DNA of 64,000 nucleotides, taken from the NCBI GenBank assembly GCA_964247055.1, contig OZ176052.1, positions 9,982,001 through 10,046,000 on the forward strand, read 5' to 3'. The notes under the pieces were generated by a model. The model did not search any database and had not been told where the DNA came from. It saw nothing but the letters and a program-made list of their open reading frames with translations. This document shows positions 32,283-43,866 of this stretch, piece after piece. The position numbers and the translations under genes are program-made. Source of the DNA: Paragordius varius (taxonomy: Eukaryota > Animalia > Nematomorpha). The first letter of the stretch is position 1. Each line of letters opens with the position of its first letter.

Positions 32283-35200
32283 TTATTTTGGTAATTTAAA
32301 AACTGAAGGCAAATCAGTTTTGGAATGTAATGATGATTTTGATTTCTTGATATCACAAAGTTGAGTTTCTGATGATAAAGATGCTTGTTTTAAATCATTC
32401 TTATCGGATGTCTCAACTTGTTTTACGTTTTCTAATTTTATCCAATCTTTGATTTTTGTATTTATCATTTTAAGGATTGGTTTCTGGAATTGAGACGCTT
32501 TCACCACAGCAAAATGTGTAGACGGTATAGGAATGGAATTAAAGGGCTAAATATAATTTTATTTTATAATGTTATTTCATGACAGATTATTATAATAAAA
32601 TATATTAATATGGTTAAAAATATTGTCATAAAAAACATTTTAATCAGGTAGCATATCCAAGTTATAAAGAGAGAGATATAGAGTTTTTATGATTTTTGTG
32701 TAAATTTCAAAAGTTATAATTAAAAACATTTTTGCGATTGAAAATTCAAAGCTGCTTTTAGGATTAACCCTTCTAATTTAAAATATTTATCCGATAAAGT
32801 TGTTAAATATTTAAGGTTGCATATATAAAGAGTAGATAGAGCCATATAAAAAACGTAAAAGGTGGGTCATGGCTTATAAAAAGCTTAGTTTTATGTTGGA
32901 CTCTCTTAAGGCTCGGGAAAATCGCTTTATTTTTAAATAATATCCTGATTGATTTACAAAATCGATATGAAAAAAAAGAATATATTACACAAAAAAGTAT
33001 TTAAAAAATATACATATATTATCTATACCTTATGCTAAGTCATTACATATTTTATTACAATAAAAACGTTTTTAGCAATTCATTATTTTATTTTAAAGTG
33101 CCTCCTTTTTAAACGAAAAAAATGATAAAATACCATAATTAATGTTTTTAAATCCGTTGGGATATTTTCAGGAAAATGTTCAATCCCATCTTTTTGACAG
33201 AAAAGATATGGCAATGCTAAAGGGTGCACATTGTATCCAAATGAAGATAGTGGTTTCTTAACCAATCCACTTTGAGGATCGTGTTTTCTTAAATTATAAG
33301 AAAATAATTATAAAAGTCAACATACTAAATTTTGTTTAACTTAGATAATTATTAAATTATAATGAGCATATATATATATATATATACCATTTCCCAGTCA
33401 AAAAAACGCTTTCCCAGACAATTGAAACGTTTTCCCAGTCAATCGAAACGAATTCCCAGTCTATTAAAACGGTTACTTTTGATGATAAATATCAAAACAA
33501 GATATAAAAATAACTTTTAAACGTTATCAAGCGTAATATTAGGATATTATTTATGATAAAAGCACAATATTGAATGACAATATTTTTCTGGCAAATATGA
33601 CTAATTTTTTAAAGTTATTTTTATTACTGTTTCAGTATTTCATGAGATATTGTTAATAAAATTTTATTTTTTATTTTATCGATGGTTCGCATTGTTAATC
33701 GGGACTAACTCTCATGATATCTATAGTTTTGGATGAAATGATAAAATTTTAACAATATACCATTTTAATTTCAAATTGGTAATTAACATTTCAAATTTTA
33801 AACATGTCAAGTTTGTCGATAAAAGTAGTGTCGAAAAAAGTGTCTAAACAAAAAAATATTTTTTAAATAAAAATGTTCATTCAAAAATATTTTATAAAAA
33901 AGGATATTTGGCCAAAACAGGGGTGTTAAATACAAATGGCTTCGCGGATCGCATTTTTAACTGGAAAAAGCTTGGCGGGCCACATTCGAAATTTATATGG
34001 GCATTCATAAATATATTCGATTTTAGACATAAGACTGTAAATTAAAAACACAATATAACAATTTTTTATGGTTCGCTGCCAATTAAATAGACTCCTTCCG
34101 AAAAATGCCTAAGAAATATCATTTTTACTAAGATATTTTAGGCATATGGTTTCCAAATTTTTCGCGGGCCACACAAAAAATCTCAAAGGCCGCGTGTTGG
34201 CCACTCCTGGAACATATTTTAAAGAGGGTAAAGTTGCATATGTTTAAAATCCAATATAAAGTGTTAAATGACCAATTTGAGATGAATATGGTATATTTTT
34301 TTAAATTTTACTATTTCATGCAAAATTATATTATGAGTTAGTCCCGATTATTAATGAAAACCATCGATAAAATAAAAAAATTATTAAATATGTTCTTAGC
34401 AGTATCTCAAATCCATGAAATAATGATCCAGTAATAATATATAACTTAAAAGGATGAGTCATTAATGATTGTGTCTTGGAAAAATTGTCATTCAATAATT
34501 GTGTTTTTATAATACATAAAATCCTAATATTACGCTTGATAATGGTTAAAAGTTATTTTTATATCTTGTTTTGATATTATCCTCAAAAAACCGTTTTAAT
34601 TGACTGGGAAAATGTTTAATCAACCTTTATCAACTATTAAGGGTTTTTTTCTCCCAACAATAAGATAACCCTTTGGATAGGATTGAGAAAATGTTTCGAT
34701 TGACTGGAAAAGATTGATTGGGAAAACGTTTCAATTGACTGGGAAAATATTTTTTTGACAGGAAAATAGTATATACATAATCAAATGTTACAATCGTACA
34801 ATCCTTGACAAATAATTTTAAAATAAAGGCATTCCTAATATTATAAGTATTTTAAACACTAAAATAAAAACAATATAGGATTTACAGGTGGTTGAAAGGA
34901 ATGTTAGTATTTTGAGTTGCATCATTGGACCAATCTAAATATTAGCAACAAATCAAAAGAAATAGGATAAATATGGATGATTTGGAATTTATCTATAGTT
35001 TATAAATATCTTATATTTTTCTATTTTCCGTTTAATAGGAGAATAAAGGATACAAATATTTTTTTAGTTATTATAGCCTACATTTCTAATATCAGCATGT
35101 TAAAGCAAGGTATATTGTTTTTTATGGTGATTTATCTTGTTTTTACAAATTACCGACTGATCATAGTAAATTATAATTAAAAAAATATGGGTTTTGCAAT

Positions 35201-38200
35201 TATTTTAATCCGTATTGTTCAACAAAAATGGATTTGACATGTTAAAGGATTATTCTCAAAAATAGAATTTATACACCCAAAAAAAATTTTAAATAAGGTT
35301 CGCAATCAATAATTATAAAAGAATATTTTTATAAATATGGTACCATTTTGTTGTTTGTATCCATCATAAGTCATGGTTTTAGATGCGAATGGCAAGCTAA
35401 GACAATAGGGACTTATAGATGAAGGGAAACAATCAAACTTCCACGTTCCAGTCACCTCATTAAAGGTTCGAAACTTCAGATATTTCAATTTAACTTGAGG
35501 CGGTATAAAGTTTTCAATAATGAGATTGCTATACCAGGATATAAGTATGATTAATATAAAATAAAAAATATTTATGTAAACGACTATAAAGTAAAATAAT
35601 TATACTTAAATTTCATTTCTTTGATCAATTTTTCAATACTCTCGTTGTACAAATCAATATCTTTCTTATATGTTCCATTTAACTCTTTGGCCTCCTTGTT
35701 GAGTTGTTTAAGTTTGTGGTAAAGCTTTGATAAAAAAATATATGTTATATCTGTCGCAAATATAAATAAATACATATTATGTATCATAAAATATGGAATT
35801 TAATTTTATTACGAATTTAAAGTTAATGGTAAAAATATATCGCTAAAAATTAATTTTAATCAAAAACATCAGTAACTTTTTTCATTTTTTTCGATTTGTT
35901 ATCCAACTCAGTCTGTAAGCCGTTTAAAGTTTCTTGAGTGATTAAAGTGTTTTCTTCTGCAACTTCAAGTTGTTTCAAAAAGTCCTGTTCTCTTTTCTAA
36001 ATTAAATATTTGCGCATAAAAGTTTATAAAGAATAATTTTCGTCTCAAAGTATGAAAAATAATAATTATTTAAGTTAAAAAAACCAACCACCTTTTCTTC
36101 AGCTATAAGTTTGCGTTTTGCAATCAAATCACGTTCCTGTTCCGATTGAAAAGTGCGTAATAAATCAATGTTTCCATTTAGTAATTGACTTTCAATCTCC
36201 TGAAATCCATAATAAAAACATTTAAAACATTAAAATTTGGAATATCATTTTTTTTCTATAAAAATAAACATACTTTAATGCGTTGAACTAATTTAGCCTG
36301 GGCCAATTCCTCATCATGTAACATATTTTCGCGGTCTTCTAATTGTGACAATAATCTATTTTTTTCCTTAGGAGAACAATAGCGTAAAATTAAAGATTAA
36401 ATCAAATAAAACACTTACGATAATATAAAGGTTTTTATTAGTTTTACTTTATATATATTCTGCTCAACCTTTCTAATTTTAGCAACAAAAGTATCAACAA
36501 AAGTAGCCAGTTATCCAATTTAAAAGTAAATTTAGATAATATTAAATATTTTAAATAAACTTCCTTGATCATATTGTGATCATTCAGAATTTTTAGGCGT
36601 TCATGTTCAAGATCCTCAAAATTGGTTATTGGTGATATTGGGCCTTCAGGAGATTCATCTATGTACAAATATTGATATATTAATGATATGTAGGCATAAA
36701 ATGGGGTAGCCTATTATTATTTTTATCGAATAAAATATTTTAGATTTTTTAAAAAAATTTTGTAATCTGCATTAAAAAAAAAGTTTAGGGCTTAGAAAAC
36801 CCACGTTTTCTAAAATAGTTTGAAATCTAATTTTCTAGAAGTTTTAAAAAGCAATACTCTCTTTTTTGATAAATTTTTTTTGAATATACCACAAATTATT
36901 GCAAAATATTACCGGAAGGTGAAGTTGGATTATCGCGCACGCTTTTGTTTTGTAATAGAAGCTTCAATCTAGTATTCATAAGATATTATAATTATTATTA
37001 TAAAATATTAGCTATTAGTTGGTTCACTTATTTATAAACTAATTTTATTAAATTAATCGTTTATTTTTTGTTATTTCTAAAATTTGCTTTTGTAGAAAAA
37101 AAGTTATATACCGTTCAATTTCATCTTGATACTTTCGTAAAGTTGCATCTTTGGGGTCTTCATTAATGATTGGGGTATTGCAAATATTTTTAGCACGATT
37201 AGCATAACTATCAAATATTTAAAAGAATTTTTATTGATATTTTCTTAGTTTAAAATTTATATAATATGTATAAACATCAATATATCGTTATAACAAACAT
37301 ATCAAAGTACATTTTTCTAATAATTAATTTTAGGGTAATTAATCGCTATAAATAAAATGATATCTTGTTTTAAGCCATGTTAAGGTTACTTAATGCCTAT
37401 TTAAATTTAAAAAAACACAGAGGTTTTAAAATAGGCGAATAAATTGATAAATAGGGATTTCTGAAACAATAAGGTGATATATAATCTTAACCGTGATCGT
37501 GGGATAAATCACATCTATTAATGCCGTAATAGGTTGATTGAGTCAAATATCATATATAAATATAGATATTATTTAAAAACTTCGTAGACTATAAAGAATT
37601 TACGAAACATTTTCCGACATTATTTAATAACAAAGGACAAGAAGATTGGGAATACCATAAACAAGGATATTATCCGTAAAATATTTATATAATATACGAT
37701 TCACAAAATTCTTTCGTATTTAGATCATAAAAGGTATGATAAATATCCTAAAATCTATTTTTTACTCTTATTTGTTATTTATAAAATTATAGTTTGATTA
37801 ATTAACACTAGCGATTGCTTGCTTTAAATGGTTTATTCCACTTGACGCAAAAAATCTAAAACTTAAAAACTACCTAAAACTGGTTCTTTTAATTAAGGTT
37901 ATAAAAATTTTCGATTAAAAATGTCTTCTTAAAAATAAAGCATAAATTAAATTCAAATAAAAGGTCGCGATCCTACATAGTTAACCATTATTTCAGGATA
38001 AAATTTATTTTTAAATATATATATATATATATATATATACCGTAATGTATTCAAAGTTTCTTCAAAGTTATAATCAGCAGGACCTATGTTTGCAATCATA
38101 ATAGTTTTTGCATTCCCGCCCAATGAATCTGTAATATTATATTTAATTTATACCAAAAATATGAGTTAATACAAGTATAGTTTTTGGTTTTAAAAATTAA

Positions 38201-40807
38201 AATCCAACATAAATTTAATTTTAAGAGATAAAAAATATGGATAAATATCAGAGCTAAGCTTTTTTAATTAATCATAAAATATGAATTTATTAATTATCTT
38301 TTAAAAAAAACTATCAATAACACATACAAAATTCATGTCATTTTCTTAACAGATTAATAAATTTTTCAAAACGTATATTTTTGATACTACCAACATAATT
38401 AAAAAGAAATTTACTACACCAAAATTTAAAAAACTTGAAAAATATTTTGGATAACTCCTAATTTATAAACATGACAAACTTATAAATATTTAAAATTTAT
38501 AAATTTTATTTGTTCACTCATGATACACACATATATCAAATATTTTACTTTGCAGGATGCGAGTTAATTTGGAATCTCGATAAGGTATGTGAGTATTTTT
38601 CCCTTCAGCAATGGCTGATATAACCTTTCCAAGCGTGCAGAGCGATAAATTAATTTTGGTTGATTCTTTAAGGCGTTCACCCTTTAAGATAATAAATTTT
38701 GTAAAGTATTGTTGGTATGTGCATATATAAGATCATTAGTTTTATAATATTGTCATAGGAAAATACATAAATTATGCAACGTTATAAACCATATAAATTA
38801 CAGTATTATACGAATTGTACTTTAATCAAGTGATAAGGGTATATTTCAATATATCACAAAAAACTATGAACCGACAAGTCAATACTATTTTACAAGAAAA
38901 GTGTTTTTTCAATATAATTAGTACTGAAAATAATAAAAGTTAATCAATATCCATGTTTATAATCTCACAAACTCGAATGTTAAAATGTAATAGGCACATA
39001 CATCTTTCAAAAATAATTAAATGATTTAGTCTCTATATAAAAATAAAAATTTTTAAAAATTAGAATGTTTAAATAAATATACCGTGGCTCCAGTTTTTGT
39101 TTGTCGTTCGCTTCCAGCCAGATCTACCAAATTTAATTGACCTACGCACAAGTGTTTCTGTCCCTTTTCATCCGTCTGCAATATAATATAAAAAATAATG
39201 AATGATAATTTATAAGGCTTTAATACACAAATAGGATATTTTATTAAATCAAAATTATTAATATATATTATGCAAATAATTAGCTAATTAAACTCAATAA
39301 AAACACAAGAGAAACGGTACAATAATCAGTTAAAAGCAATTAGTATTTACTCTACTAAATGATATCCTACTTTGGAAGATTCTATGGTAACTATGAATAT
39401 AGCATGGGATCTTGAACTGTGTTCATTCATATTTGTGGCCCTTTAATTAAATTTTTGAAAATATTAAATATATTTATTCAAAAAAATTTAATTTTATATC
39501 GTTAATATGAATTTAAAAAAATATAAATACCCGGTAGAACGATTCACATTGCCACGTTGCATAAGCTCGTATATTTCATCGAAATTTTTGGTAACAATAG
39601 CGGATAGACCCTTTAAATTTTATATATTAAATAATAATAAATAGACTATAATTTAACCGATTAAATGGTATAATCTGCTACATTGCAAAATTCACAAAAA
39701 TTTAACCAATTTAATTTCTGACAAATATAAATAAACTTTATTTTAATATCTAATAATTATTGCATGTGATAAAGAGTAGCAAATTGGAATTGGAAGAAGT
39801 CAGTAATATATATGCAACGGTCCGATTCCAAACAAAAGTATGATTTATTGTTAATGTTAGTAGCGAGCAATTTTTCCAAACATTAAAAAATTCTCGGGAT
39901 ATTTAAAAATAAACAACTAATAATTTTAAATATAATCTTATCAAAAAATAAACAAAATCATGTATATTTATTATAATACTTTCAGTATGCATTTTAATGG
40001 TTGCTTATTTCACACTATAGTTGGGCAATTTGCAACACAATAATGTATGGAAAAAACAACATATTGAATAAACAAAGTAATGTGAGTAAGGAAAATATTA
40101 TTTATTTAACATTGTGTTGTATTTTCCATCTACTACTGTGTTATAAATTAACCAACTAGAGTGTGAAATAAGCAACCATTAAAATGAATACTGTAATGTT
40201 TTAACGGTGATACATAAACCAGAAAGCTTTCCAATTTACCTTAATAAGTATGTTTGTGGTTGTATTTTTGGTCTCTTTAATTTCGATCTTAGCCTCTTTG
40301 TTCGATGAGTCTACCAAAAGATCTTTAATGCATTCCTTGTAAATTTCCAGATAAGATGCTTTAACCAAAAAAGTTGAATTATTTTCTGCAAATATTTTGG
40401 AATATATCTGTTTAAGTGAGAGTGGTATAATACCATCATCTCCGGAACAAGTATTACCTTAAAAATTTACACAACGGAAAACCTTCCATAGTGAATGTTT
40501 TTCCGGTACCAGTTTGTCCATAAGCAAAAATGGTGCCATTAAATCCTTGAATAACAAAATCTATAAGCTCGCTTATACAGCTATCATAGATGTCTTTAGT
40601 CATGGATTCTTGATCAAAAACTTTATCAAAAGTAAACGTATAAGATTTATTAGCTTCATTGCCTAAGATAATTTGATTTTCAATTGAATTAACAACACTA
40701 AATAATAATTTTGATTACTTGAAACATCTTTGCTCTAATTCCTTTTTGGTAAAAGGTCGGATCCTCACTATTACTTTAATGCGTTCATATGAGTTTGTTG
40801 AACACAT
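32283..40807 (-). CDS. Kinesin-2 family motor subunit (KIF3B/KIF3C-like), ~18 exons
   Basis: Spliced translation gives [36 protein letters not shown] (P-loop), NEHSSRSH (switch I), [11 protein letters not shown] (switch II) and [14 protein letters not shown]. Kinesin-2 hallmarks are [16 protein letters not shown], a coiled-coil stalk, LIIENFIP and KKPLSSFGY. Ends SVFKLPK-TAA. The exact orthologue cannot be fixed without a tree. Confidence 0.92.
33387..34769. mobile_element. Foldback element with ~400-bp inverted arms and subterminal ~20-bp repeats, in kinesin intron 16
   Basis: The left arm (ccatttcccagtcaaaaaaacg...cgggactaactc) is the reverse complement of the right arm (gagttagtcccga...ttttttgacaggaaaatag). 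Repeated ttttcccagtcaatcgaaac-type units sit at both ends. Flanked by TA-rich sequence on both sides. Confidence 0.72.
33918..34209. mobile_element. hAT-like MITE nested in the foldback spacer
   Basis: Starts CAGGGGTGTTAAA, ends GTTGGCCACTCCTG, with internal GCGGGCCAC motifs typical of hAT MITEs. No matching TSD seen. Confidence 0.5.
38016..38039. repeat. (TA)n microsatellite directly after a kinesin splice donor
   Basis: The minus-strand intron begins GTATATATAT...; read directly. Confidence 0.9.
40458..40482 (-). other. 25-nt spliceosomal intron (kinesin intron 2)
   Basis: GTTTTCCGTTGTGTAAATTTTTAAG. Removal joins KTFTMEG to [11 protein letters not shown]; the unspliced frame hits TAA. Confidence 0.85.
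40698..40718 (-). other. 21-nt spliceosomal intron (kinesin intron 1)
   Basis: GTAATCAAAATTATTATTTAG contains an in-frame TAA. Removal gives [14 protein letters not shown]...FTFDKVF. Confidence 0.8.
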
Positions 40808-40848
40808 TAATATTCGTAATGTCGTAAATTCAGTTGTTAAGAATTTCG
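40808..40848. promoter_or_regulatory. 41-bp interval between the divergent ATGs of kinesin-2 and PEN-2 (candidate bidirectional or overlapping promoter region)
   Basis: Kinesin ATG at 40807-40805 (minus) and PEN-2 ATG at 40849-40851 (plus). A regulatory role is inferred only. Confidence 0.4.
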
Positions 40849-41154
40849 ATGGATCTGAAAAATTTTGATAATGACGAAAAGTTAAATATCTGCAAGAAAT
40901 ATTTTTATATTGGATTATTTGGCTTACCATGCGTATGGATTGTAAATGTTATATGGTTTTTCCAGGAAGCTTTTTACAAACCAACATACTTCCAACAAAA
41001 ACAGATTAAAACCTATGTATTATACTCTATAATGGGCGCAATCATATATACCACATTAATTATGTCCTGGGTAATAATGTACCAAAAACATCGGATAGAA
41101 TGGGGAGAATTTGGCGAGAAAATAGCTTTAATATTACCAAAAGGATATTTGTGA
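40849..41154 (+). CDS. PSENEN: Gamma-secretase subunit PEN-2 (presenilin enhancer 2), intronless, 101 aa
   Basis: MDLKNFDNDEKLNICKKYFYIG...LPCVWIVNVIWFFQEAF..P.Y.QQKQIKTYV..S...W....RIEWGEFG...LPKG matches the PEN-2 pattern as recalled (MNLERVSNEEKLNLCRKY...LPFLWLVNIFWFFREAF...EQSQIKGYV...RPRWGALG...IPLG) with the same 101-aa length. Confidence 0.95.
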   Translation: MDLKNFDNDEKLNICKKYFYIGLFGLPCVWIVNVIWFFQEAFYKPTYFQQKQIKTYVLYSIMGAIIYTTLIMSWVIMYQKHRIEWGEFGEKIALILPKGYL

Positions 41155-41617
41155 TAATATCCAATAAATTGTATTTTTATAATATTCATTTATTTAATGA
41201 TGGTAAAAGATTAAACTCAGTTAAAATTTGGGAGATTTAAGAAAATATGATGACCATAGTCTGTATAACCGGTTCTAAATCCCACTCATTATGGCTATTG
41301 TCTCTCTAGGTCTCGTTACATCGTTTTTATTATTTCACTTTTATATTTTTTAATGGGCTTGTATAGAATTACAGAGCCCACCGGCTATTAGATCTGATAG
41401 TGCACAGACAAAAAGTCAAGTGTTACAAATTACGATTGATATCGTAAAAATTAAATGTTTTAGAAATTTTATGTGAAGTCTCAACCTTTTTGATAAATAC
41501 ATGCTATAGTTTTCTACAATATCTATTTAAAATTACAGTCAAACCATGTTGTTTCGGATTTTTGCCTCTTTTAGCAAACAATTGTGATCTTTTTTGTGAG
41601 ATACCAATTTTATTATT

Positions 41618-41670
41618 CAGGGGTGTCAACATACGGCCCTCCGGCACATTTTGTGTTGCCCGCGTAAAAT
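41618..41670. mobile_element. Isolated hAT-like MITE end
   Basis: CAGGGGTGTCAACATACGGCCC...GCCCGCG resembles the left end at 33918. No partner end found. Confidence 0.35.
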
Positions 41671-42777
41671 AAAAAAAGTAAAATAAACTATGTTCAACCA
41701 TATTCCATCTATTCTATATCTTTGTAAAATAATTTTAATGTTCATTATGATTTCTGTCATAATTTTTTTTAACCGTGTTTGGTAAAAGGTTTAATCAATT
41801 TAGGCCATTAAAGATTTATTAAATTGGTTTTCTCAAAGTACTATCAGCTCTTTGTGCTTATACTGTTTTAAAATGCGTCCCACATAGCCATCTATCTTGG
41901 TACCCCTACTATAAATAGTAATTAAACTAAATTTTTAACTTTTTTTATGCTTAAATTATACAATAATTATAACTAAAAATTTGAAAACACTTTTTAGAAA
42001 ATCAACTCCAAAAACTGATTGGATAACGGTAAATTTTTTAGATTAGATATTTATATCCAATCATTAATAAATTAAATATTCTATTTAAGTTATAAAAATA
42101 GATTATTTTTGTCAAAATGACCGTTTTACCTATTTTTTCCCTTGGAAAAAACCTTTTTATGTGGATTTTGTCCTGTTTAAAGTAGTTTTGCATTTTTATG
42201 CCGACAATTAACTGACAAAAGATTTAAGAAAATATGAATTTTTTTGCGAAATTGTTTTTGACTGATAATATTTGTTAAACAAAATAAACTGTTTCTAAAA
42301 GAGTTATATAAGTGTTGACCAAACATATAATCAGAATATAAAAGTTTCAAAAAAGTTTCAGATAATTTTCAAAGTTTGATACACGCCATTTTAAGCCTTT
42401 CTTAGTAACCATTTATTAATTAAAGGTGAGAAGACAATGAACTTAACATCTTAGTAATGATCAGGACCATATTCCACTGCGTTTTTATTTTAAAGTAAGG
42501 AAAATCCAGTAGCGTATTTTAACAAATAACAAATGGTTGGAATTTACATTTTTCCCTAATTAACATGCATTTTATTATATGGACAAACCTTTTTATACCA
42601 TACGCTACTGTGACTTCATACATATGACAATTTTATTGTTTAGCCATACTGGAGTGCATAATTAACAAGCTTTATTGATTATTTTAACTGAAAAAAATGT
42701 ATATGTTAAATTAAGATAAGTAAAAATATACTGTTTTTAAAGTCAGTTTTTCGTTTTTTATCAGGACTTTTGAATAC

Positions 42778-42812
42778 TCTAACACTCGCCTGCCCAGGGC
42801 TGACAGTGATGG
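42778..42812 (-). repeat. Fragment of the putative SINE body
   Basis: taacactcgcctgcccagggctgacagtgatgg versus taacactcgccttctcagggctgacagtgatga at 13871. Confidence 0.5.
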
Positions 42813-43288
42813 ACAAAGAAATTAATAATCAGAAATAAGATGCTGATTAATTGTTATAATAGTCTGTGATGCAAGATACCATTAATAAGTCACTACTAAA
42901 TTAGTTGATAATTTAAACAATGTAAGCAAATGTTGCAAATTATACTACAAGGATTACTTATTAACATGGGTCTCGAAATAAAACTTATTAGTGATAAGAG
43001 GCTCTAAAGTATTAATTAATTGTTATTATTGTATGTTATAAGCGAGCCGAAATTTCTCATAACTAACATATTTGTTTATATATAATTAAAAAGGTTATTA
43101 AATGATTGCATCATAAATACAGTGAACGTAGTAGCTTTATAGGTTACGCAGGTATATTGTTACCCCTAGAATAATTTTTAAAATATTTTCAAACCCTAAA
43201 CATCAGATGAAGAATACTACATCTTTCTCAATATTCATATTTAGTCTGTTAATGGGAATCCTAGTATGTATTATGCATTGATATAAAA

Positions 43289-43866
43289 TCTATATATTTA
43301 CAAAAATGGAAAATGCTAGCTTTGTGATCTGTTTCCGGAAAACCGGTAAACCCATTTAAATCCAAATATCGAAAAAATATAATCAATAATGAATGCCCCG
43401 ACAAGAGCTTCGCCTTTTTTTTAATTAGACCCCCAGTTCGGGCCCCCCACGTGTAAAAAACGGGTTTTTTTGAAATCAGAAGTCCACAAAAATCGTGTCT
43501 TTGAGACAATTTTCCGAAGAACGGTTGGACCATTCATTTCAAATATAATTTTTGTTTAGTTATTTTCGATTGCGCCGAACATAGTCAGCTCGCATTTTTA
43601 ATTTAGGCCCTCTTTTTACCCGCTCCCCCCTTAAAATGCCATTTTTTTCAAAAAACAAAGTCCACAAAAATAATTTTTATTTTTCGCCTAAGTAAACAAT
43701 ATATTAGTATGAATGCACCGTTTTAAAATTCCTATGCGATCATAGCTATTAAATAACGTTTGGAAATAATCCACATATTTGGATCATTTCAAATACCCCC
43801 CCCCCCTTCCCCCCAGAAGTCCAAAGGACTTCCTCGGGCTGCCTAGCAGCACGAAATTTACGCTAG
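43289..43866 (+). mobile_element. Non-autonomous Helitron-like element (solo copy, 578 bp)
   Basis: 5' A|TCTATATATTTACAAAAATGG. 3' hairpin CGGGCTGC-CTA-GCAGCACG (43835-43853), 9 nt, then CTAG|T. Inserted between A and T with no TSD. The first ~400 bp are homologous to the satellite monomer. Confidence 0.75.

Noticed and set aside
40698-40718. TAA read-through or an alternative genetic code instead of a 21-nt intron
   Set aside because: TAA is the terminator of MCM4, the LRR gene and the kinesin itself, and the segment has canonical GT..AG ends. Read-through also cannot explain the three frameshifting 25-mers.
40808-40930. N-terminal extension of the kinesin shown in the ORF track (MVSQIIQ...)
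   Set aside because: Non-ATG start, antisense to the PEN-2 CDS. The motor domain normally begins a few residues before KVxVRxRP.
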